This document shows, one piece after another, positions 12,506-24,820 of a stretch of DNA of 64,000 nt. Source of the DNA: Marsupella aquatica (taxonomy: Eukaryota; Plantae; Marchantiophyta); assembly GCA_973895155.1 (NCBI GenBank), contig OZ316897.1:3566211-3630210 (forward strand), given 5' to 3'. The notes beneath the pieces are model-generated. The model searched no databases and had not been told where the DNA came from. It saw only the letters and a list, made by a program, of their open reading frames with translations. The position numbers and the translations under genes were made by a program. The first letter of the stretch is position 1, and each line of letters opens with the position of its first letter.

Positions 12506-13479
12506 GTTAGAGTGCAGCACACATGCAAGTTGGCTCTTAATTCAAGAATCACAACTAAACTGTTGTCAGAAAATATCGGGCGTTGAAGACAAGAAATACC
12601 ACTAATCAGATTATCACAAAATATCGGGCGTTGATGACAAACGAAAGTATACCAAAAACAAGAGTCATCGAGAGTATAAACGAACAGTAGTTTTGGATCC
12701 GATGAGGTTTCATGAGGATTGGCAACGAATGGCGCGTGTGAGTAGATTCACAGTGCCTGTCAAAATTTGACCTGCCAGGGACTGTTGCCAAGTGGATGGT
12801 AAGAATGAATGCATGGACGATGGACCTCCACACCTCCCCCGCAAGTGACACTCATGACTCAAGCTTTGCAAGGAAGTTAGGAAGAGCTGCAAAAAGGAGT
12901 TCACCAAAGTGTGTGGACAACTCAGGCGGTTAATCGTGAGCTGATTCGGCCATTTCGGCGAGGTGTGTCCTTCAAACACTGGACAATCCTTCGATAGAGC
13001 ACTGCCCTCCTTAGGACATGGTGGTTAAAGTCGGAGGCCTTGAGCCGTCAATTCCAGAATTGACAATGTTTAGGTGGCGACTTGGAAACAGGTCCGTTCA
13101 TTTTTCCTGAGGTCCAGAGACGACCTGTCAGCTCACAGAAGATTCTCCCGAGCTGCATGAGAGGCACATTGAAGAATATTTGTCTGCAGCTGAGATACTA
13201 ATCATTGAGGGTGAGATTTCAATTTTACACGGAAGAGGGAATCCCTTCAGGTGCGGTGACATTTTGCTTCCGCAGTACGTAGATTTCAGGTCCAACCTGA
13301 CTGCTGACTGTTCATTGTCTGTCAAGGATTTTGGGTGATTGATCGTTTGATGTTTGCCACAGGTCATTGACAAATGTCTGGAATGAGCTAAGCGTGCAGA
13401 CAAGCGATTGCTCGAGCATGGAGAAGTTATATCTGTTATAGAAGAAGGCCTTTTGAGCCGTGAACCAAGAGGCATTGCC

Positions 13480-16400
13480 ATGGCGAAGCTATTCGATCCC
13501 GCTGCTGCTGCCATTCATTGTCCTTCCTCCCTTGTCTCTTCCTCTTCTTCGGCCCAGGGGAGATCGAATTTGGTCAATGGCTTTGGAGCTCAGCCAGCAA
13601 GGAAATTAAGCCAAATGCAAAGATTGGTGTCCTGTGCCTTGGTCGCTGGCACGTCTCAGGATAGCTCTGCAGGTGGGTCATATCTGCAGTGTTCCTCGAA
13701 ATTCCATTTTCGCAAATGGGGAATCATGTCTGATTTAGTCGGCCCGGTCGTCGAAAATAATTTTGCCATAATACTGGAGCAGTCTTTGTCGTTTCTAACT
13801 TCTTTCAATTTGTTCCGTGCCAAGAATCTTTACGAGAACGTTTATTTCCTTTTGTTCAGCTTTGAATCGAATTTCTGATCAGGAATGGACCAAAATTCCC
13901 GATTAACTTATAAGTTGCTTACATTTGTGAGGCATCGTGGTGCTTTGTGAGCAGAGGTAATGAACTTGGGAAGAACACATCTCCGGATTTCTAAGCTGGG
14001 GATCGGGACCTTGCAGTGGGGTGATCCTGGTTCTGGATATGGAGAACGATTCGGTGAAGAGCAACTCGCAAGCGCATTTGATGTGCTGATCAACGGTGGC
14101 ATCAACTTTTTTGATACAGCAGAAGTACGCTCTAAACCTGTTTGCCGAGAAGTATATGAACGACTCAAATGAAAAATAGTTAGAGGACGAGCTCACTCTC
14201 TCTGAGTTGTAGCAAACCAAGAGCAAATCACACCAGTAATAAAATTGCCTAACAAGATCCAACACTGTTTTTGAATTGTTCCATAAGAACACTGTTTCAG
14301 AATTGTAACCCTGTTCAGCATCATGTGCAATGAACAATTTCTCTCCTTCTTGGAAAACTGCACAGTACCGACACTTTGAACCTTCTTTACGGATACGATC
14401 TGCTTCACCTTGTCTTCAAGGGGGAAACTGAGGACATGCATTACTCACATAATAACGCTTGGATTAAATTGCCACTGTCCCCTAAGCAAAAGTGGTGGAT
14501 TCAAGTTACTAAAATAAACCAAAAATGTGCATCCAAGTTACTAAAATAAACCCAAAATGGTCTCAAAACAGTTTAAAAAGCGCTCGATTTTGTCCTCCAT
14601 AAACCTGGTGGACAATGGTGGTTGAAGGGGAATAATCGTTGCATGAGGGCTGATATCCTCATCAACGACTTTCTAGGAAATGAAGAAGAGCAACCATGGT
14701 GTGACCCCACCCAACATTTGGGCTCCCTCTGCATTGCTGTCAATGGCCACATCCGCAATTGGACGGTTTCTTCGTACTGCCCCTCCTGCACCTTTGTCGC
14801 CAACACGAGGAGGCCTGCCTCTATTCCCGGCGACACTTGTGCCCGCCTCGTAGACCCAAATTGTACTTCGCTCCTATTGTTCAATGAGTTTTCTTCTCTC
14901 TGCAGGTGCTAATGGTAAGGTGCGCTCATCATTAGATCTTTCACCATTTGCAGTAATCACCCGCCATCGCCAAAACTGCCCTCCCATTCTCCCGCAAATC
15001 TCTGCCAGAGATCCTCTCACTTCCTCCTTGAAAAGAGCTTCTCGCCAAAAGTGGCTGCTCCTCAGGGTGGATCTGTCGGGCAGTGACAGCCCCAGCCCCA
15101 GTTCCTTGGGTCCGACTGCTTACCACACATTCAAGAAAATGGCGGTTTCCTGAACGGGGACTCACATATCCATTGACTGTATGTTCCAGGTGTATGGATA
15201 TCAGGGTATTAAAAGTGGGTCCTCCTCGGAGCAATTGTTAGGAAGGTTCTTGAAACGTCCCGCTGTGCAAGGAGGAGGTGAAAACTTGTCCCCTGTAATT
15301 GCATCGAAGTTCTTCACCATCCCATGGACTAATTTTCTCGTTGGTGAGTACGAAGACACACATGCCGTATTATGGTGCTGCTTTCTCATCGTCTACGTTT
15401 ATAGTGTTATACTCACCAAAATCTCATGCGCAACCGTCATCAGAATATGCAAGCAAAAGCCACCGTGATGTAGTGTGATGATTGCTTCGACCCTGATGCG
15501 CCTCTTAGAGCGAGCTCTGTTATAGATCAATCTAAATTTTGTGCAGGGTGAGGACAGCTGCTCGTGAGAAGTTTGTCTCGTGGAATTTGTCTCGGATAGA
15601 ATTCCTCCACTTTTGATTATCTAATAATTCAATATTTTAGGGTAGCATGAATAGCCCCAGGAAAATTTTAATCTCTTTTATTGTGTTTCAGGTGGAGGGT
15701 TCAGATTAGGGCGCAAGTCTTTGCTGGCAGCAGTGAAAGAGAGCTTGAAACGACTTGACAAGAAACAGATTGATCTGTATCAAGTGAGATTTCTAACCCC
15801 TTCGGAGTTCCGAACAAAGTGACTCGAGTATAATAAGTGGCTCGTAGAAATGTGTACAAAGCACTACAACAGAACTTTTTGAATCCTACCCGAGAAAGGG
15901 CAGTGTCTTTTGAGTAATTCCTTTAGTTCATTTCCTAAGAGATGTCGGACACGACTGCGTTATCTCTGCTTTACTTTTCCAGCAGATGATAGAATAAACT
16001 GGTTAGTTGCAGCGTTAGACTGATCATATTTCGATTCTTGTCTCACAGATTCATTTCCCATTTCCCATTTTCAGCAATGCAGCCTTGATGGAAAGTTTGA
16101 AAGAGGCCGTAGAAGAAGGCCTCACAACAGCTGTAGGCGTCTCAAACTATTCAAAATATCAGGTGGACATCCTAAACATCGGACAACTTCTACATCATTT
16201 TTAGCGCCGTTGCAACTTTTTCCCTGGTATGTGCCATTGGGAAATTAAGTGCATTGAGCATGGCCAAATCGTTTGTTGATATCTAACGTTTAAATGCTGC
16301 AGTTTCTATGATTCATACTTCCAGGAACATTGTGACTGCAACAGAAGTTTGTGCGGAAGATTATTGAATCTGTACTATGTGCTTACAGATGGAAGAGGCA

Positions 16401-18079
16401 GATGACATACTAGGCAAGTATGGAATACCACTGGCTTCTAACCAAGTCCAATTCAGGTGGGCAAAGCTCTCGATACGGCAGCTATTTGTCTGTACTGGTC
16501 AGCTCGCAGTTCCATGACTAATAGTTGAACGTATCTACCGTAGATAATGGACTGATAGTACATGACGGAAAGTTGAAAGTTACAGATTCTACGTAATTAC
16601 AGTCGTCTTGACCATGTTCTGATTCATCTGCAGTTTATTCTACCAGAACCCTATTGACGACGGTCTTCTCAAATCTGCCCAGGTAAATTTCTGCGTTTTC
16701 AATTCTTGATCCTTCTCAGTGTTGCTTTGTTAGAATTTAGGCAACAAAATACGGCTGTACGAAGCAGTCCTACATAGCTCATTTCATTTCTAGCTGTGCC
16801 TTGATGAATGATACAACCTCAATATTACTTTCATTCACTTTTTGACAGGAACGAGGAATCACTGTCATAGCCTATTCACCTTTGGCAACCGGTTTGCTCA
16901 CTGAGAAGACTTTCGAGAAGAATGACAGTAAATCGACCCAGGTGAGACGGTCTCTGTCTAGTTTTGGCATACCCTCTCCTGATCCCTCCAATGTCTATTC
17001 CAACTGCACTGTATTTAGGTGTATCTAATCTGTGAAGCTTCGTGCCACGAGAACATAAGTTTGCATGTATCATTTTGGATCTAATAAAAGTACTAATGGT
17101 TTTGTGGGACCAGATTCGACCATTGCTAGAGCTGATGCAGTCAGTGGGTGCCAAACATGGAGGCAAGTCGGTCTCTCAGGTACATACTGTAATGGAATGT
17201 TAAGATTGCACTGGTCCCAGTGCTCAGTGCTCTCTATCTACGGGTTGCATGCACAGTGTTTTAAAACATTGCGGAGCATGCCTAGAAAGTTGTCCATCCT
17301 TCAACGTATGATCTTTGAAAAAACGTGATTTCGTATTGTCGGCTTGCACATCACCGCGCTTATATGGTCTGTCCATTATATGAACTCTTCATTACTTTTG
17401 CAGGTGGCTCTGAACTACTTGATTACGAAAGGTGCATTGCCAATTGCTGGGTAAGTCTGGCAACACTCTAGAGCTCTAGGAAATATCCGACACTTCAACA
17501 ATATGTGTCCCTCGTTTCTGCTGTTTAGTGGTCCCTTAAGATGAAGGGACGGAGATCCTCCATGCAGTAGCCAGTTTCGCTTCTCATCTTGCGAAAAGGG
17601 TCTGGCAGGGATATTAAGTTGAAGTTCGTGTCCAAGCTTCGTTGAACCGACTCTATCTACCCTTCAATGGAGTAGAATGTGGGATCTCTGTGATTCTTCC
17701 GGCAGCTAAAATTGTCAATTCTGACGGTAACTTAAACCCTTCCCTCTGCTCTGCAGGGTCAAAACAGTAGAACAAGCGAAGGCACATACGGAAACATTGG
17801 GCTGGCGCTTGACAGACAACGAAGGTACGCACTCCTGACATCAGAGAACAATATAACTACTTTATAATTTGGGCTGTCCGTATGGTACTGGAACCAACGA
17901 TTTGCGTAACCAGTCTCCGGGAGCAATGCGTGCCTTTGTTCCATTTTGGGAGAGTTTTGGCAATTTTTTGAAATAATGAGATTTCAACAAGTTTTGTGGT
18001 TAGCGATGGAGTCCTAAACGATTTTCGCCGGCTTGCAGTCGAAGCACTAGAGGAGACAAGGAGAGCTTTGAAGTTATAG
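13480..18079 (+). CDS. Aldo-keto reductase with probable plastid transit peptide (pyridoxal-reductase-related plant AKR); 12 exons: 13480-13672, 13955-14124, 15190-15343, 15692-15783, 16049-16162, 16389-16456, 16634-16682, 16849-16941, 17114-17179, 17404-17450, 17757-17824, 18039-18079
   Basis: AKR motifs LGIGTLQWG, GINFFDTAEVYG, IASKF, SLKRL..IDLYQIH, AVGVSNY, SNQVQFS, IAYSPLATG and SQVALNYL. All junctions are GT-AG with consistent phase, and the N-terminus is Ser-rich. Confidence 0.93.
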
Positions 18080-19329
18080 GGCTCTGCTCCACGTCATTTG
18101 TTGAAAAAGGTAAGATGAGGGTGTGTCGGCGGGACACCGACTTCCCCTCTGGTAGGGATTAGATGGACTTTCAGGTGTCCAGCACTAGAAGCTTATGCAA
18201 ATCCTAAACTTTTGACAAAATCCATCAAGTTCATATAGTTTACATTAAAGAAGTTGAACGTGGTGAATTCCTTGGTCAAAGCGAAGACTGTAAGCTCGAC
18301 TGCACTGTAAATTTTTGTATCTTTCATCAGTGATCAATGAACTGTTGAACTGTGCACTTTTGTATGTCTGAGCTTTTCTATCTGGCAAAAGCGAACTACA
18401 TTTTACTGTATGTATGCACGACCACTGCTTTCGAATTGAACTTCTTACCGAGTTCATTTGAGTTAAACAGTGCGAGAAAACATAATCTCAAATTTTCGAA
18501 ATTGGAGGCACTAATGTTTTTTCACAAAAATTTCTAATTCTTCTCTTGGAATGAATAAAACAACCTTATTCTTTGTTGCACATGATGTGTCAATTTTATG
18601 ATGTGTCAATTCTCTGGAAACTAAACCCCCAAACTCCAGGGTAGACAAGTCACTACAAAGAAGTCTAGTGAAAGTCAGTTGTCGTGTTACTATTGCATCC
18701 AAGATATACTCTAGTGTCCAATTGCTCTGCTTCCATCATCACACAAGTTTTTGTTGTCTCAAGCTAGGTATGGTCATCTTGTATAGGTCATAGAGATTGA
18801 AAAATCTAGTCACATAATAGGAGCTACATTTGTGATCATCAAATCTCCCCATATTTAAGGATGACTCTTAGATTCTGGCTAATGGTGTTTGTAATGGTGT
18901 GTGGAGCTAAACAAATGGGAAGTGGCAGTCAAATCTCCCTAGATTTAATGATGGATGTCAGATTCTGGCTAATATGGTCATGTGGCTAGGTGCAAAACCA
19001 GCCAATGGACCACAAAACATCTACAGTAGCAAGTTTAAGCCAAAAGTGATGAATAAGTTTTAGAGAGGTAGAATCCACCTGTTGCCACCAAACAAAACTT
19101 TGTGAAAGAGAGAATTTTTTAAAGGTTTTTTAAAAACTCACCAAAAGTATAATTCAGGGAAAAAGAAAGCACAATGAAAGGAAAGAAAAAGAATTCCAAA
19201 GAGGACAAACACCTAACAAGAAAAAAGAAAAACAAATGTAAACTTAAAATAAAAATAAAAAGATAAAAATGTCAAACGATACATGAATGCAAACTCAATG
19301 ACTAGTGTCTACATTGAAATATGTAACAG

Positions 19330-19770
19330 AAGCTAATGGGTCATATCCAATGTCCTAACCAAATCAGCAAGTGGGACAAGAATGTCCTCTAGGGGGGCTA
19401 GCATCTAGGGGGCACAGTGGTGCCCACTCTGAGGGATTGACGACAAATGGCTTGAACTTGGGCACGTTGTAAGGCCACTGAAATGCGCTGACGAAAGGGT
19501 GTGGTCAAGATGGATAATGGGGGTCTAGAGGGACCCATCCATCCGTGCATATCACGAGCAGCCTCTTGAAGAAGCCCATTAAATTGATGTCTCGAAGAAG
19601 CCCATTAAATTGATAATGAAGACACCCAAAGAGCTCAATAGTGAGGGGGGAAAAGGTATCAGATGAAGCTTGAGCGGCATATTTTGTCCTTTGTTGAGGT
19701 TGCCCGGGATGTTGTTGCCCCTGCCGTTGTCATCGCTAACTCAATGAGGTCCGAACGCAAAGGGAACCCT
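19330..19770 (-). mobile_element. 3' fragment of a CRE-type non-LTR retrotransposon (restriction-like endonuclease C-terminus), decayed
   Basis: Minus-strand translation across a frameshift and a small duplication gives RSDLIELAMTTAG..K..YAAQASSDTFFPLTIELFGCLH..AARDMHGWMGPSRPPLSILTTPFRQRISVALQRAQVQAI. Confidence 0.65.
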
Positions 19771-20610
19771 AAACCCTTTGCTTTTAGCAAGTGGGCTAAT
19801 GTCAACTTAGAGAAAAGATGCTCAAAACATTTCTTATTTATTTTTTCTTAGATTAATACATTTCTTATATCTCCCATGAGATCTATGAATGCCCATTAGA
19901 TTATGGCTAACGGGGTCTGTGGCTATGCGGAAAACAACATCAGATCTCCCTAGGTTTAAGGATAACCCCATTGTCAGATCTCTGTAGGCTACCGTCAGAT
20001 ATTGGCTAAGGGGGTCTGTGGCTGGATATGAAAGTGTCCCCTGGACCATAGAAAATATAGCAAAATTTAAATACTTTTTCAAGAGGTACAATGACTCTTT
20101 ACCGTACTGGAAGTGTACTATGTCTGACATGGAAAGGGGGTGCATTATAATCATTTTCTGGGGCTTTTCCCCTTTATTGGGGTTCCTTTGCCTTTGGGAC
20201 TTGTCTCCCCGGAAATGATGCTCCCCTAACAAGGTTGGGTTTGAAACCCCCATGGACCAGATTTCCTAAAACTTGAGTTTAATTGGAATAAATTGATGCT
20301 CATAAATTCAAATATTTTTTAGATTTGAGTATGTGATAGAGGAGTAGGTAAGCTATACTTCCATCAAAGTGACTGGAAATTTTTGGCCATTGTGGTTGAA
20401 TCATTAATCATAGAATATAAAGAGGTAAATTCTATTATATTAATAATATTAGGGCTTGTGTTTTTTCAGGTCTAGTTTCTCACTACAGTAGTTGTCTTGC
20501 AGGTGAAAAACAAAATATTCTTTTTTAAGTACAAAGTTCACATGGACCATCAAAATGTGGTCCATAGGAGCACTGTCCAACATGGAGGTCCATATGTGCT
20601 TCTCTTTGTC

Positions 20611-23600
20611 TCTCCCGGTTAGGCGTTTTTTTCTGTTGCATTTTGATATAATTATAACACTTTTTATAACGTTTTATGACGTATATTCGTCCAGTCGGAA
20701 GTTGTCACGTGCCTGGGATCTTCAGATCTTTTTCCGCTTGACCTTGTACTCTATAGAAGCTCGTCTCCCCTAACTAGGCTCTCGGTCAGCAGTCTCAAAC
20801 ATCCTCTTCACTACAAATCAATGCCTGCCACTCGCATTTCGGCCATCTTCATATCCTGATCCCCGAAGTCTTTCAAAAAACTGGAGCTGGATTGTATCTC
20901 GGAGTCTTCATTGCTGTGTCTGCATTGCTGTGTAACTCGAGCGATGTGCGCGCAGCTTTGGACATTCTCTAGGTTAGATCAGATAAGTTTCTCAAGAATC
21001 CTCCTGGGAGAGAAGCTTCTCGATGTTTTGAAATTGGTTCAATTTCACGAGGAATCTGCGCACGAGCAATGCAGTTCCAGTTATATGGCGTAATCATATA
21101 GCACACTGTATTAGTTCGACAGAAATTGGACCAATAATTCGATTCGGAGGAAAAGCCGACGATGCCGAATTCACAGTCAGCTCCATTGCAGAGTGAAGTG
21201 GATGTCGTCGTCATTGGGGCTGGCATGGCTGGGATCTACATGCTCTATAAGCTCAGGGAGCTTGGCCTCAACGCCAGGGCATTTGAGGCAGCCGATGATA
21301 TCGGTGGTACTTGGTATTGGAATCGATACCCCGGGGCGCGATGCGACATCCAAAGCATGGAGTATTGCTATTCCTTCTCAAAGGAGCTGAACCAGGAATG
21401 GACCTGGAGTGAACGCTATTCGAGCCAAGCTGAGATTCTCCGGTACTTGAATTATGTCGCCGATCGTTTCGACCTGCGGCGTTATATCACCTTAAAGGCG
21501 CGTGTGACATCGATGGTTTACGACGATGATAAGTACCACTGGCTTGTCAGGACCGACACAAATGAAGCCGTGACAGCGCGTTTCTGTATCTCGGCCGTAG
21601 GCTGCTTATCTCAGCCTCTCATCCCAAACATTCCAGGTACGGAGAGTTTCACAATAGCAATGTACAATTGACGATGAATCATTTGAACACGAAACGAAGA
21701 TTAGATGCCACGCCATTACAAGAAATTGACGTGTCAACTTTACACTACAAGTTCTCGACCGCAAGTTTATGATCAGCATACTTACTGGAAAGCTTTCGAG
21801 GAAACTAGAAGATTGTAGTAGTTGTTTGATCTTCACTGGAATATCCTACTGTAGTTGTTTTATCTCTATGAACGAAGCATGCTGAAAATTCGAGGAAAAT
21901 AAAAGTGCAAGGAAACTTTATCAGTTGCGCTTATGTCCGTGCAATATAAATGTCCTCGAGGTTACCAAATACTTATTTGATTTACACAAAGGTATCCTAG
22001 TTGTTTGATCTCTGCCGATGGCAGCATTGCAAAACTTTGCGAATTCACTGAAATTCTCCCGTTCTCATCAGGGTTGGACAAGTTTCCTGCCGGATCTGTT
22101 TACCACACCGGTCGCTGGCCACATGAACCGGTAGACTTCACCGGTCAGCGGGTAGGTATTATTGGGACCGGATCGTCAGGTGTGCAGGCTATCCCAGAAC
22201 TCGCGAAGCAAGCGGCCGAGTTGTTTGTATTCCAACGCACGCCCAATCATGCGGTACCCGCGAACAACTATAAGTTTTCCGACAGCTACTCAAAGCAAAT
22301 GAAGCAACGCTACGAGGAACTGTGGAAACAGTGGGTCCGCACTCCTACTGGCGGGAACAACAACATTCCTGTCAAATCAGCGCTTGACGTCCCAGAGCAG
22401 GAACGCGAAATCATCTATGAGAGCAGCTGGACTCACGGCGGGTTCGACATTTTGTACACTTTCAACGACATCAGCACAAATCAGGCAGCAAACGACACCG
22501 TAGCGGACTTCGTGCGGCGGAAGATCCGCCAACTCGTTCCAGACCAGGCAGTAGCCGAGCAGTTGGTTCCTGCAGAGCATCCGTTGGGAACCAAGCGGCT
22601 CTGTCTCACTTACGGTTACTACGAAACTTTCAATCGGCCAAACGTCCATCTAGTCAGCGCTAAGGTCTCTGTTTTTTTAAATTCTTTCAATTCTGTCTTT
22701 GATTATCGGCATGCTCTCTTGTCTTAATGGGTCTTAATGGATTGAAACCAGACGATCGGAGGATAGACCATAAATAATGTTAAATTGAATTGTATTGAAC
22801 ATCCCTTTGACCCTAAATTTACTTCATTTCAACTCAGTTCAGTTCTGCTCAATTCAGTCCAGTTTTCAATTCAATTCAATTCAGGTTGAGCCTATCGTCG
22901 AGATCGAAAGAAGTGGAGTGCGCACCTCAAAGGAGCTGTACCCTCTCGACTGCCTGATTTTTGCCACCGGCTATGACGCCGTCACCGGCGCGCTGCTGGC
23001 CATTGACATTCGCGGCCGGGGCGGTCGCTCGCTGCGAGATGAGTGGGACAACGGAGCAGCTGCATACCTCGGCGTGGCCATAGCAGAGTTTCCCAATCTG
23101 TTCGTGATTACAGGCCCGGGCAGTCCTTCTATACTCTACAACGTTGCTCGCCCAATCGAGCAGCATGTGGACTGGATCGCCAACTGTCTTGCCTATATGG
23201 CGAAGCATCACATGGCGGTCATTGAACCGAGCAAAGAGGCTCAGACTGCCTGGATACATCTCGTCTCCCAACTGGCCCAAAAGACACTGTACCCAAAATG
23301 TAAATCTTGGTATAACGGCGACAACGTCGATGGCAAACCGCGCAGGTTCTTGCCTTTCATCGGGTTCTCTCACTACCAGGACGAAATCGACAAGGTGGCC
23401 AGCAACAACTATGAGGGTTTTGTATTGAGCCCCGAAGAGGTTCGGGCATGATCAAAGATCTGAGCTATGCAGTGAAGCCGCTGCTGGTAAGCCCGGATAG
23501 CCACTCTTGCTAAGAAGGTCAATGCGCTAAGGGTGTCGTTACAAGACGTCGTGTACTTGTGACTCTTCCCACCAAAGCAAACTAGACTCAACAGCCACTT

Positions 23601-24820
23601 ATTGTTCTGAAGATAGACTGAGGATTTAGAACGATTCTCTACACTGCCTCTAGGACTAGGGATTGTTCTAAAGACCGACGGAGTACTTGTGCATATACTC
23701 TGCTCTAGCTACTTTACTCTACTCTCGGGCCACTAGCTGCTGATCTAGGTAGTAACTGAAGACTTTTGAATCCATAACAAGTACCTAGGTAGTAACTGAA
23801 GACTTTTGAATCCATAACAAGTCATCAGATTCTGACTTACCTCAAGAGAGGGCTGGTGAGATGTGGAGCTGCTCAATTCTGGGAATGTTGGGAAATCGAG
23901 ATCAGATTCACTCAGTTGTTTGTTGTTGGTTGGTCACAGCACGAATCCACGAATTTGAGCTACAGTTCAGCACGACCGGTTGTCCGGACAATTCATACAG
24001 CAGCAAATAGACCCAGGCCATTCCCCCATCTTCCATAGCCTATTTACATTTTAATGAGATATATTTCCACCTAATTCATTCAATGCATTCAATTCGTTGG
24101 ATACCCTAAATCCCATAGATGCTCTTCCCGAGTTTCGAAGCGAAAGATTGCAAACTTATAGACAATCCGACGATGTGGTTTTGGAGGGCAGAAGCCTCCA
24201 GTTTGTGCATTGCACAGCTAGTGAAAAGCATTAATGCCCAGATTGAAGGATTCTTTCCATAAATTTCAGGTGCTTGACTGTTAAAGCACATGGCGTCGAC
24301 CTCAGATCGATACACGACGAGTGTCACAAACCAATCCATAAATTTGTAAATTTATAAATTTTCAGAAGAGCTCAGCCTGGCGTTTGTACAGGGAGCTTTC
24401 CAGGGAAGTGACCCTTCTGAGAACTTGTTTTCTTGCTCTTTCCATAAAAGAATTCGATGCAGACGAGGGACAAGAGTGTGCGAGTGTAGAGTCTTGCTCT
24501 GTTCAAGTGCTTAACACCCCATAATTATCTCCAATAGGGAGTCTCGAACTCTCTGTTTTGGGCAAGGTTGTGTTCTGGAACTACACTGATGGACACAAAA
24601 ACAATTATCCGCACACTTGTGACCGCAGACCACAACTGGTACTTCCAGGGTTGCGGGCAATGTTGTTGTCCAGAAGTACAATGGTGGACATAAAAACTTG
24701 CGACCGCAGACCAAAAGTGGTACTTCCAGGCTAGGGGTCTTTTCACGGACCTGGAGGTTTGAGACACACTAATACCTAAACTTCCCTGGCAGACAATTGG
24801 AGCTGTCACTATTTGGATTC
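20611..24820 (+). repeat. Segmental duplication, copy 1 (BVMO plus flanks)
   Basis: Colinear near-identity with 31311-35861, from tctcccggtt to cactatttggattc. Confidence 0.95.
21162..23451 (+). CDS. Type I Baeyer-Villiger monooxygenase (FAD/NADPH; phenylacetone/cyclohexanone monooxygenase family), copy 1; exons 21162-21636, 22072-22664, 22885-23451 (544 aa)
   Basis: Rossmann motifs VIGAGMAG and IIGTGSSG, BVMO motif GGTWYWNRYPGARCD, fingerprint FPAGSVYHTGRWP, QRTP, catalytic TKRL, ATGYD and SWYNGDNV.GKPR. Splicing gives 1635 nt in frame. Confidence 0.95.

Noticed and set aside
22927-23373. 148-aa antisense ORF in both BVMO copies
   Set aside because: Shadow of GC-rich codon usage; it is conserved only because the duplication is recent.
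23437-23451. Peroxisomal targeting of the BVMO (given nearby APEM9)
   Set aside because: The C-terminus EVRA is not a canonical PTS1 and no PTS2 is evident.
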